From assembly GCA_964534625.1 (NCBI GenBank), contig CAZHRF010000025.1:17759-38356 (forward strand): 20,598 nucleotides of DNA. The letters are read 5' to 3'. This document shows positions 8,743 through 16,953 of this stretch, piece after piece (position 1 is the stretch's first letter; each line of letters starts with the position of its first letter). This stretch comes from an uncultured archaeon. Lineage in GTDB: Archaea > Asgardarchaeota > Heimdallarchaeia > Heimdallarchaeales > Heimdallarchaeaceae. Under the pieces are notes generated by a model. That model had not been told where the DNA came from, searched no databases, and was given only the letters and a program-made list of their open reading frames with translations. The position numbers were made by a program, and so were the translations under genes.

Positions 8743-10419
8743 TTAGCATAACTTTGAATGAGTCTTCACATAATCATGTATTTCATTCGTGATTATTGTT
8801 CTATCTTTAGTTTTATTTGAAATTTTAACAATAAATTGCAGAAGATTATCCGGATCTAGATCATGGTAATCCACAAGAGCATTTCTAAAATGTTTAATGA
8901 GATTTTCTATAATTAACTCTTCATGTGGTAGCATAGAGATAGTTTTTAGGCAGTGAAAAAGATTACTTGAATGTATGTTTCTATAGATTATTAATTCCGT
9001 GTACGTTTCTATTATCCTTTCTAATACACCCATATCTTGAGTAACACTTAAAATATGCAAATAATTCTCTAAATACTCATAGGTGACGCAATTTGGACAA
9101 CGATTTATCATTTCTTCCAGCATACTAAACGCTCGTATTACGAGTAAAGTTGATCGCATGTTTGTTCCTATCTCTAAAATTAACTCAAATATTTTTTTCA
9201 AATTAGGATGTGAATCTTTCTCACTAGCTAATTTTTCCATTAATTGTAATGAAGAAAAGCATATATCATCATTTGTTGATTTCTTAATAATCTCTCGAAT
9301 ATTTCTCAATGTAAAATCCCTTTTTTCTCCTTTCAAGTTAGAAGAAAATGAAATAAAAATTTCTGTTGCCCTCAATCTGATAGATTTTGGTTGATGGGAC
9401 TTCAATATATCGATAATACATTCATAAAATTCTTCAGTTAAATTATCTGTCACTATTAATGATTCAAGGGCTTTTAATCCCAGTTTTCTTAATTGTTCTT
9501 CATAGGTGGCACGTAAAATACCTATAATTAAATCACTTAAAAACGTTATATAGCTTGTTGACGATAGAACTATATCTGGATAGGCTTTTAATGCCATAGT
9601 TCTAATCTTCTGATCATAAGAGAATGTCATCAACTTTTGTATGTCATTTGTGTATCTACTTAAATTTATTAAAGTGTGGCCTTTTAGTATCGTTTCCTCT
9701 AAACATTTTATTCCTGCTACCCTTATTTTTGCTGTTGAACTTGAGTTCATTATCATTAAAAATGATTCAGCGACACCAAAATATGCGTTATACTTGTCAA
9801 TATTGGTGATTATGTTATTCAAGCTAGCAATGATTTCTGCCCTCTCATCTTCATCACTTGAAACATCCAAAACTTCAATAAGAGTTAAAGCAACATCACG
9901 TCCCAAGTCTACATCGTCAATTGGTAACATCAATAAGGAATTTAACAATGAGCGTACAATTTGCTGTTTAGGTAAAAACCGATCTTTTTCAATACTGTCG
10001 AATAATTTGTCAATTTCAGGAAATTCTTTCCATCTATACTTTCTTTTATGCATTCCTGTACGAATGACCTTAATCTTCTTGGTTGGGTCATAAAGCTTAT
10101 TATTTAATGCAGTAGAGGGCTTTTCTTTTTCATCATCTTCACTATCTATCTCATCTTCGTCTTCACTTCCATCTATTGCGTGAACTTCATTGAGTTCTTC
10201 TGGTTGTGATGTGGTTAAGAAGGATGCCACTGCTTTTGATGCAGCTTCCTTTACTCTTGGATTGGGATCATTTAATTGTGCTTGTAAAAGCGCTTCTAGA
10301 CTTTCACTTGAGTCAATATGACTGAGCAATTCAGCAGCTCTAATCCTCATTTTAGGCGACTTTTCTTTCTTTAGTTGGTCGATTAATTTTCTTACTTCGG
10401 ATTTGTCTGAATCACTCAT
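8743..10419 (-). CDS. HEAT-repeat alpha-solenoid protein
   Basis: N-terminal PBS-HEAT pair (PKMRIRAAELL, DPNPRVKEAASKAV), an acidic linker, then about 40-aa repeats (KIRVAGIKCLEE, KIRTMALKAYPD, QLRKLGLKALES, SIRLRATEIF). Confidence 0.8.
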   Translation of the reverse strand: MSDSDKSEVRKLIDQLKKEKSPKMRIRAAELLSHIDSSESLEALLQAQLNDPNPRVKEAASKAVASFLTTSQPEELNEVHAIDGSEDEDEIDSEDDEKEKPSTALNNKLYDPTKKIKVIRTGMHKRKYRWKEFPEIDKLFDSIEKDRFLPKQQIVRSLLNSLLMLPIDDVDLGRDVALTLIEVLDVSSDEDERAEIIASLNNIITNIDKYNAYFGVAESFLMIMNSSSTAKIRVAGIKCLEETILKGHTLINLSRYTNDIQKLMTFSYDQKIRTMALKAYPDIVLSSTSYITFLSDLIIGILRATYEEQLRKLGLKALESLIVTDNLTEEFYECIIDILKSHQPKSIRLRATEIFISFSSNLKGEKRDFTLRNIREIIKKSTNDDICFSSLQLMEKLASEKDSHPNLKKIFELILEIGTNMRSTLLVIRAFSMLEEMINRCPNCVTYEYLENYLHILSVTQDMGVLERIIETYTELIIYRNIHSSNLFHCLKTISMLPHEELIIENLIKHFRNALVDYHDLDPDNLLQFIVKISNKTKDRTIITNEIHDYVKTHSKLC

Positions 10420-10434
10420 TTGTCTGAATCACTC
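10401..10434. repeat. Exact 17-bp tandem duplication across the start codon of the HEAT gene
   Basis: atttgtctgaatcactc at 10401-10417 and 10418-10434. Confidence 0.92.
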
Positions 10435-10577
10435 TAATTATCAAAAGATAACATCAATTAATAACTTTTCTTTATTCCTAATTAATATATGAGATTGAAT
10501 TATCCCCTTTTAATAATTTTAAATGCTCAACACTAATCAATTATTTTAGAATGAACAATTTCAAAAAGGTAAAACAT

Positions 10578-10589
10578 AAACCTTAAAAT
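10578..10589 (+). promoter_or_regulatory. Putative BRE/TATA element of aor
   Basis: aaaccttaaaat 21 nt upstream of the ATG at 10611. Confidence 0.5.
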
Positions 10590-10610
10590 CATTGGATAAT
10601 AAATATATCC

Positions 10611-12425
10611 ATGTCATTCCCCCTTTTAAGGATTAATCTAACAAATAAAACAATCAAGAAGGAAAATATTCCTCCAAAAATAAATGATCAATATCTTGGT
10701 GGAACAGGATTTATTGCTTATTACTTAAATAAAGAAATTCCCCCTAAAATTGATCCTCTCAGTTCTAAAAACAAAATAATCGTAGCGGCTGGCCCACTTC
10801 AAGGTACAGTCATCCCCATATCAGGTAGATATGCTATGGGAGCTAAAAGCCCACTCACTGGCCTTTTTTTAGATTGTAATGTAGGAGGTTTTGTGGGACC
10901 CGAATTAAGAAAAGCCGGATATTCATTAATCATTATTGAAGGTAAAGCAGAAACTCCCGTATATGTTTCTATTACCGATGATCATATTGAAATTAAAGAA
11001 GCCACTCATTTATGGGGGTTAACTACAGGCAAAACTGAAAATAAAATAAGAGAAACCGAACACCAAAAAGACATGCGTGTCATTTCTATTGGTCCTGCTG
11101 GTGAAAATTTAGTCAAAATAGCTTGTACCACTTCTGATTCTTTTCGAAATGCGGGAAGAGGGGGATTAGGAGCTGTTTGGGGTTCTAAGAATCTTAAAGC
11201 TATAGCAATTAAAGGAACCAAAGAGATTAAAATAGGTAATGAAGAAAAAATAGAATCGATTAGAAAAGAAATCACACAAAGAACAATGAAAGCTAAAAAA
11301 AGTGGACATTTACTACACCAACATGGTACATCATGGTTAGTTGATGTGGCTAATCAACTATCTCAATTTCCTACACGTAACTTTCAATCAGGTGAATTTG
11401 AGGGGAAAGAACAAATTAACCATGAAACACTTAAAGAAAAATATTCCTTTAAGAAAAAGCCTTGTGCCAGATGTCCTATAGCATGTTCTGAAGTTCTCGA
11501 TGCTTCATCTTTTGAATGGACAGATTATGAATATATAGCCAAACCGGAATATGAAACCTTAGGTATGCTTGGAGGCAATTGTGGCATAAATGATAGCAAC
11601 ACAATTGTACATGCCAATTTTATTGCCAATGAATTAGGATTAGATACCATAAGTACTGGTAGTGCCATAGCCCTTACGATGGAAGCTGTTGAGAAAGGTT
11701 ATTTGAAAGATCCAAAATACAAAGATATTACCTTTGGCAATAAAGAAAAAATTATAGACTTAATTAATAAAATTGCCAAACGAGAAGATATTGGTGATTT
11801 ATTAGCTGAAGGGGCATTGGCAGCAGCTAAAAAATGGAATTGTGAGCAACTAGCAATTGTATCCAAAGGTTTAGACTTTGCAGCTTGGGACCCACGCGGT
11901 AAAAAAGGACTCGGTTTAAGCTATGCAACAGCTGCTGTTGGAGCCAGTCATCTTCGAGGATGGCCAAGTACAAATGAAATTCCTGATTCTTCTGCTCTTC
12001 CAGTAATTGATTCACTGATAACAGAACAAGACTTGAAAACTATCAAAGATTCATTGACAATTTGCCATTTTACACATAGTATCACACCTAAACTTACTTT
12101 AGAAGATTGCACAAATATTATTTCTGCCTTATGGGATCGCCAGGTAGAAATGAACGAAGTAATAGATATAGCTAGAAGAATTTGGATAGCAAAAAGAATG
12201 TTCAATGTAAAAGAATTTGAACCAAAGAAGCCTAGAGAATTTGATGTTCTACCCCATAGGTTCATGAAAGAAGCAATTCCTAGTGGGAGAGCAAAAGGGT
12301 GCACAGCGTTTGTTAATGAACAAGATTTCATCAAATCCCTTGATACATTATACGAAAAAAGAGGAATCAATCAAGATGGAACACCAAAGAAAGAAGAGAT
12401 AAACAGACTAGAAATTGATCTTTAA
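10611..12425 (+). CDS. aor: Aldehyde:ferredoxin oxidoreductase (tungsten AOR family)
   Basis: KSPLTG, IGPAGENLV, AGRGGLGAVWGSKNLKAI, [4Fe-4S] motif CARCPIAC plus a distal Cys (ICHF), PEYET, GLDTIS, GASHLR. Confidence 0.93.
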   Translation: MSFPLLRINLTNKTIKKENIPPKINDQYLGGTGFIAYYLNKEIPPKIDPLSSKNKIIVAAGPLQGTVIPISGRYAMGAKSPLTGLFLDCNVGGFVGPELRKAGYSLIIIEGKAETPVYVSITDDHIEIKEATHLWGLTTGKTENKIRETEHQKDMRVISIGPAGENLVKIACTTSDSFRNAGRGGLGAVWGSKNLKAIAIKGTKEIKIGNEEKIESIRKEITQRTMKAKKSGHLLHQHGTSWLVDVANQLSQFPTRNFQSGEFEGKEQINHETLKEKYSFKKKPCARCPIACSEVLDASSFEWTDYEYIAKPEYETLGMLGGNCGINDSNTIVHANFIANELGLDTISTGSAIALTMEAVEKGYLKDPKYKDITFGNKEKIIDLINKIAKREDIGDLLAEGALAAAKKWNCEQLAIVSKGLDFAAWDPRGKKGLGLSYATAAVGASHLRGWPSTNEIPDSSALPVIDSLITEQDLKTIKDSLTICHFTHSITPKLTLEDCTNIISALWDRQVEMNEVIDIARRIWIAKRMFNVKEFEPKKPREFDVLPHRFMKEAIPSGRAKGCTAFVNEQDFIKSLDTLYEKRGINQDGTPKKEEINRLEIDL

Positions 12426-12473
12426 TCTGTTCAAAATTATTTTTCAAACTACAATCGACTATAGTCTCAATCT

Positions 12474-12507
12474 GTTATTTGTTTTTTTTGTATTTCATAA
12501 CTTTTTT
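12474..12507 (+). terminator. Putative oligo-T terminator region after aor
   Basis: T8 and T6 runs downstream of the stop codon at 12425, in a convergent intergenic region. Confidence 0.35.
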
Positions 12508-12643
12508 CAGCAAAGTTTGTACAAAATATCAATCATAATCAGAGGAATGTAATGAAATTTTATTCTTTAAACATACACTAAATAAACAAAAAGAAAATTA
12601 ACGAAGAAATAAAACAAAGGAAGATAGAAATGAATCTATTTTT

Positions 12644-13042
12644 CTATCTATCCATTAAGTTTTCAACTGAAAGCTCACTCAAGAAACCATGACGCGCTTG
12701 ATCGCTTAAATGGGATTGAGCAGTAAAATCACTATCAAATGTTTCTGATATGTCCTTAATTTCTTTTGTCTTCACTTTGCGTTTCTTTTTTTCATACAAG
12801 AATGCGATCGCGCCTATTTTTCCCTTATATTCTGCAAGAATGTCCCCAATCATATTGGTTGCTTCTTGAGCCATTTTATCTTTCCCAAATTCTCTTAAAT
12901 CAATAAGATAATACAATTCTTTTTGTGCATTGTCAAATTGTTCTTCTAAAAGCCGTTTAAGTTCGTCTAGTTCGCTCTCATTAATTTTTTCAAATTCGAC
13001 TCGAATTTGGTTGGATTGCATATAAGTAGTATGGATTGTCAT
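12644..13042 (-). CDS. Hypothetical protein, possible STAS/SEC14 (SpoIIAA-like) fold
   Basis: Pattern YYLIDLREF...KIGAIAFL...F.S...A..HL resembles SpoIIAA-like/STAS-SEC14 small domains. The CDS is solid; the fold call is tentative. Confidence 0.55.
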   Translation of the reverse strand: MTIHTTYMQSNQIRVEFEKINESELDELKRLLEEQFDNAQKELYYLIDLREFGKDKMAQEATNMIGDILAEYKGKIGAIAFLYEKKKRKVKTKEIKDISETFDSDFTAQSHLSDQARHGFLSELSVENLMDR

Positions 13043-13219
13043 TAATCATCCTCTAATGACTATTACAAAATAGACATTTAAAAAAGATTTGATTGCTTCA
13101 TTATTCACTTAAATCCGTATAATATAGCAGCAGTACTATAATATTCATGATACAGCATATATAATTACGTATTTATTTATTAAAAATCTTTATCATCACC
13201 AATATCCCGTGTGGTTTAA

Positions 13220-13759
13220 ATGAAGAAAAAAAAATGGTTGGTTATGAAAGAGAAAAAAAAACTGGAAACAGAACAATCTCAAGTAGAAAAAAAAGATCAA
13301 CCAGTCGGACGCTTAGGAAAGTTTGTTCTTGTAAGTATTGGCGGATTAGTGATCAATCAAATAATTATTTTCGTGTGTATAACCTTATTGGATCTTTTCT
13401 ATGCTACAGATCTTCTGTTCACTTTTTGGCTTTTAAAAGTTGAAAAACCATTGGTTGCAGCTTTTATTGCTATCATCTTTGTTACCACATATAATTATAC
13501 GATTAACAAGTTTTGGACTTTTAAACAGAAAGAAAAAAGAGTAGAGTTTAACATCTACACTCAGTTCATTAAATTTGCTCTAGTTGGGGCTTCAGGTACT
13601 TTAGTTAATTTGGGGTTAGTATATAGTTTATACACGTTACTGAAATGGAATAAATATATAGCAACAGCCTTGGCTTTTATAGCTTCGGTCATTAATAATT
13701 TTATCTGGGATGATCGTTGGACATTTAATCCTAAATACGCTAAAAAAAAGAGAAATTAA
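13220..13759 (+). CDS. GtrA family membrane protein
   Basis: Two repeats of KF.LVG..G..VN...N(Y/F).....WTF; alternative start at 13244. Confidence 0.9.
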   Translation: MKKKKWLVMKEKKKLETEQSQVEKKDQPVGRLGKFVLVSIGGLVINQIIIFVCITLLDLFYATDLLFTFWLLKVEKPLVAAFIAIIFVTTYNYTINKFWTFKQKEKRVEFNIYTQFIKFALVGASGTLVNLGLVYSLYTLLKWNKYIATALAFIASVINNFIWDDRWTFNPKYAKKKRN

Positions 13760-13822
13760 AAAGGTAGTAATCAAGAATACGATACACATTTGCATTTTAG
13801 GTCAATTGTATGTCAAAATATC

Positions 13823-15547
13823 TCAGATAAATTCAAATTCGATGATTTTTTGTTGTTCTAAGTGGAAAGGGAAGGGTTCAGGTAAATGTTCAATCTTTTC
13901 TCTCCAATCAAATTTTTCTGTTAGCCAAGTATTAAAATCGATTACATTGAAAGGTTTATCAAATCTCAACGGTTTTTCAATTTCACCATTTTCGAGTTTC
14001 TTATTTAATTGCTCCCTAAATTGTAGATAGTAATTTTCTTTTTTTTCATTAATAATACCCATATCTTTTGCATCATTAAACTTCGAGTCAGCCTTAATGA
14101 GATAATTTTCTGCTTTAATGGGTTCATCCATGAAAAGATATAACACTGCAATTAAAGAATAACAATAGATAGGTACAAAGATATTATTGAAAAGGATCTC
14201 ATAAGTTTCTCCTGCTCTTTCGTAATATGCAATGGATCGTTTGAGTTTCTTTTCTCCTCCTACTTTATACCATTTTAATAGCCAATAGCGCCCTACTATT
14301 AATGAAAGTTTAGGATCACCTAGATCTAATCTTCTTACTTTAATCAATTCTTCCATTTCTTCAACATTATCAATCAGACCATATATATAACCAGCAAAAG
14401 AAATTTTAGAGAATTTGCTAATTAGCTCTGAGTATATACCTATCGAAGAGTGATCTCCTTTATTTAACAATTCATCTACATAAAACTTAATTTCATGGAG
14501 TATCTCTTCAATTTCGTATTTTAGAGCTGATATCGTCAAGGATTCTTTATCGGTTTTTCTGTCACCTACAAAAATACTATTTCTATAATGAGAAGTTACA
14601 TATTGATTAAGCACTTGATAGAACCTTGTTTCTAATAAAAGTGTTTTCTGTTGGAAATAATACATACGTATCATGTCTTTATGTTGTTGATCTTGCATCA
14701 ATTTTTCTAATTCTTGCAATGATTTTGATAATTCTAAATATGATTGGTTGAGATAGATATCTATATCTTCGTTCAGATAGCGTGCTTTTAGCTGATATAG
14801 TTGACTGTAAAGTGAAAGTATAGATGATTGTGAGATTTTGATAGTTAGCTCCTCATTAGATTTAATATTTTCTTTTAGGAGGAGATCCATCGATTTTAAA
14901 GCTTTATCTAGTGTTTCTTGGAACAGATCTAACCAGCTGATAAAATCCGCTCTTTTCAAGAAAGGCACTGTAAAAAGGAAGTTATAGATTGACAATACAG
15001 TCATTTGTACAAAGTTTGTTGCTGACTTAATGACATTAATTCTATCTTTTGGATCTTCAAGAAACCGCAATACTGAGGCAAATTGTATGTAATTCACTAA
15101 GAACATTAGATGTTTCTTATCCTTATTTAGACAATCTTGTAATGTATTTATATCAGGTAGTTTTCCATATCTGATTGTTCCTTGTAAACATGCTTCCAAT
15201 GTATAATAAGGATTTAAACCCTTTAAGTGCGCATATAGATTAGCAAAAACGGATAAGGCCGGATATCTCAATATCTGTGAGGAACATTGTTCAATTGTTT
15301 CCCATATTTTTCTGATTGCCCTTGTGAGAAAATCAAAAAATTCTTTCTTAAACAATCCTCCACTAGTACGTTGAGCAATAGGGATTTTAGTTTTAAAGAG
15401 GGCGACTTGACTTGTAAAATCATTAAGGTGAGTTGTTCTATCTTGCAATCGTAAACAAATTTCATCGATAGCTTTGTCCAAATAATCTATCTTCTCTTTT
15501 GGGGAGAAAGAATCAAATTGTTTTAGCTCAGAGATATAATCAAACAT
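13823..15547 (-). CDS. Hypothetical all-alpha protein with possible C-terminal TPR-like helices
   Basis: 574-aa Leu/Ile/Tyr-rich ORF; segments SIAYYERA and LIAVLYLFMDEPIKAENYLIKA are TPR-like. Confidence 0.75.
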   Translation of the reverse strand: MFDYISELKQFDSFSPKEKIDYLDKAIDEICLRLQDRTTHLNDFTSQVALFKTKIPIAQRTSGGLFKKEFFDFLTRAIRKIWETIEQCSSQILRYPALSVFANLYAHLKGLNPYYTLEACLQGTIRYGKLPDINTLQDCLNKDKKHLMFLVNYIQFASVLRFLEDPKDRINVIKSATNFVQMTVLSIYNFLFTVPFLKRADFISWLDLFQETLDKALKSMDLLLKENIKSNEELTIKISQSSILSLYSQLYQLKARYLNEDIDIYLNQSYLELSKSLQELEKLMQDQQHKDMIRMYYFQQKTLLLETRFYQVLNQYVTSHYRNSIFVGDRKTDKESLTISALKYEIEEILHEIKFYVDELLNKGDHSSIGIYSELISKFSKISFAGYIYGLIDNVEEMEELIKVRRLDLGDPKLSLIVGRYWLLKWYKVGGEKKLKRSIAYYERAGETYEILFNNIFVPIYCYSLIAVLYLFMDEPIKAENYLIKADSKFNDAKDMGIINEKKENYYLQFREQLNKKLENGEIEKPLRFDKPFNVIDFNTWLTEKFDWREKIEHLPEPFPFHLEQQKIIEFEFI

Positions 15548-15680
15548 AGATAAAGTATAGTTGTAAAAGATATTGATAAGTTTTTAACTCGTGACAATTT
15601 TTCTGTTAAATAAAAATCTAGGAAGGAAGAATATCCAAATGAATTTGGGTATGTTTTATATCTACAGCTATTGGTTTTGG

Positions 15681-16115
15681 TCAGTTTGATTGGTTTTTTT
15701 CGGTTTGATTCTTATTATCTTTTTCTTCGGTTTCTTCTTTCTTTTCTTTCTTTTCTGTTTGTTTCTTCTTTTTTTCTGTTATTGAGTTATAAATTGATTC
15801 CAACTCTCTTTCATTCCTTATTATTGGACTTGTTATCGTCTGATGAGGTACATCCAATCCAAACCTTAGATGGTTTTTATCAGAGAGATTGTCTGATTCT
15901 TTTTCCAAGTATTCATCATCCATTTTTTCTTCTGATCGTTTGATTTTCCTATATCGAAGGAAAACAAAAACAAGGTAAATTAATACACCTATTATTGCTA
16001 TATACACCATACTACCCATGGTAGGCAATAAAAAGATACCAATAACAATAACAAACAATGTAAGACAAGCCATTCTAGTCAAATATTGTTGCGCCATAGA
16101 ATAGTTAGATGACAT
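15681..16115 (-). CDS. Hypothetical 2-TM protein with charged tail (paralog of the adjacent gene)
   Basis: Start at 16115 (MSSNYS) is preferred because it aligns with the paralog N-terminus and has ccttaaaa about 25-30 nt upstream. Shares RYRKIK..EE and ELE..Y..I with the neighbour. Confidence 0.75.
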   Translation of the reverse strand: MSSNYSMAQQYLTRMACLTLFVIVIGIFLLPTMGSMVYIAIIGVLIYLVFVFLRYRKIKRSEEKMDDEYLEKESDNLSDKNHLRFGLDVPHQTITSPIIRNERELESIYNSITEKKKKQTEKKEKKEETEEKDNKNQTEKNQSN

Positions 16116-16185
16116 TGAGAAAATAACAAATCTTAGCTTTTTAAGGATAATGAAATAATAGTCTATCATTTATGTTTCAGTTACC

Positions 16186-16234
16186 ATTCACACTCAGATA
16201 TGACGGAAGATCCACGACATTCTGCGTGCACAAT
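16186..16234 (-). ncRNA. Candidate structured small RNA or hairpin element (copy 2)
   Basis: GC-enriched island folding as ATT.TGCAC.CAGA.ATG.CG / CG.CAT.TCTG.GTGTG.AAT. G-U pairs favour the minus strand. TTTTATA lies about 26 nt upstream (16260-16266). Confidence 0.35.
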
Positions 16235-16304
16235 TACCCAGTAGTCAAGAAAAAAAGAATATAAAACTAATATGGTATTTCAAGACTTCCCCTTGTTAAA
16301 AATG

Positions 16305-16823
16305 TTATATTTTTGCTCCGCAATTCTCACAGAACTTACCTTTTTGAGCAGGAAGCTTAGCCCCACAAGTCTCACAATACATAGCAATATGACCTGAAGA
16401 TATATCCATAGTTTCTTCAGCTTCTCTTTTATTGATTGCGTCTATATCTATTTTAGTATCTGCATAGGGGCGATTTTTTCCTTCTATTGTTTCGTATACA
16501 GTTTCTAATTCTTGATCATCTTTGGATTTAGGAGAATTTCGTTGCTTATAAAAAGTAGGTTGTCCTAATCCGTTTGGATATTGCTTATTTGCAGGATTTA
16601 ATCTGACATTTCCTTGCATCTGACCTGCCATCATGGCTTCTTCAGCTTTTTTGATTTTTCTGTATCTAAAAATCATGAAACCAATATAGATAACCATGCC
16701 CAGTAAATAAACAAGCCCAAAAGAGTCCATACCAGGAAAGAAAATCACACCTAGTATTACCATGAAAATGATTGAAGATATAATTCTATTTCTATAGCTT
16801 CGTGAGATACTTGGTCTAGACAT
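16305..16823 (-). CDS. 2-TM membrane protein with C-terminal zinc ribbon
   Basis: Two N-terminal TM helices; C-terminal YCETCG-x8-FCENCGAKI. Confidence 0.85.
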   Translation of the reverse strand: MSRPSISRSYRNRIISSIIFMVILGVIFFPGMDSFGLVYLLGMVIYIGFMIFRYRKIKKAEEAMMAGQMQGNVRLNPANKQYPNGLGQPTFYKQRNSPKSKDDQELETVYETIEGKNRPYADTKIDIDAINKREAEETMDISSGHIAMYCETCGAKLPAQKGKFCENCGAKI

Positions 16824-16953
16824 TAATTTACATAAAATTGGCGCACTTAAAAACCTACGGAAATGAAGAAAAAATACAAATATGTTAATCTAACTAATGA
16901 AGTGTAGTTATATGCTCCATCTTTTTATTAAACTTATTTTATTTTATTTTATT

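Noticed and set aside
12449-12459. 11-mer ctacaatcgac shared with 3467-3477
   Set aside because: A single short match without the flanking hairpin; plausible by chance.
13118-13166. Repeated tataat words as an operator array
   Set aside because: Low-complexity AT-rich words with irregular spacing; not distinguishable from background.
16116-16169. N-terminal extension of the 15681 ORF from the ATG at 16169
   Set aside because: Paralog alignment and a promoter-like ccttaaaa inside this stretch favour the start at 16115.
16175-16250. Canonical C/D box or H/ACA guide RNA; resemblance of tacccagtagtc to 16S rRNA
   Set aside because: There is no RTGATGA box C and no clear pseudouridylation pocket. 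The rRNA resemblance is short and gapped.
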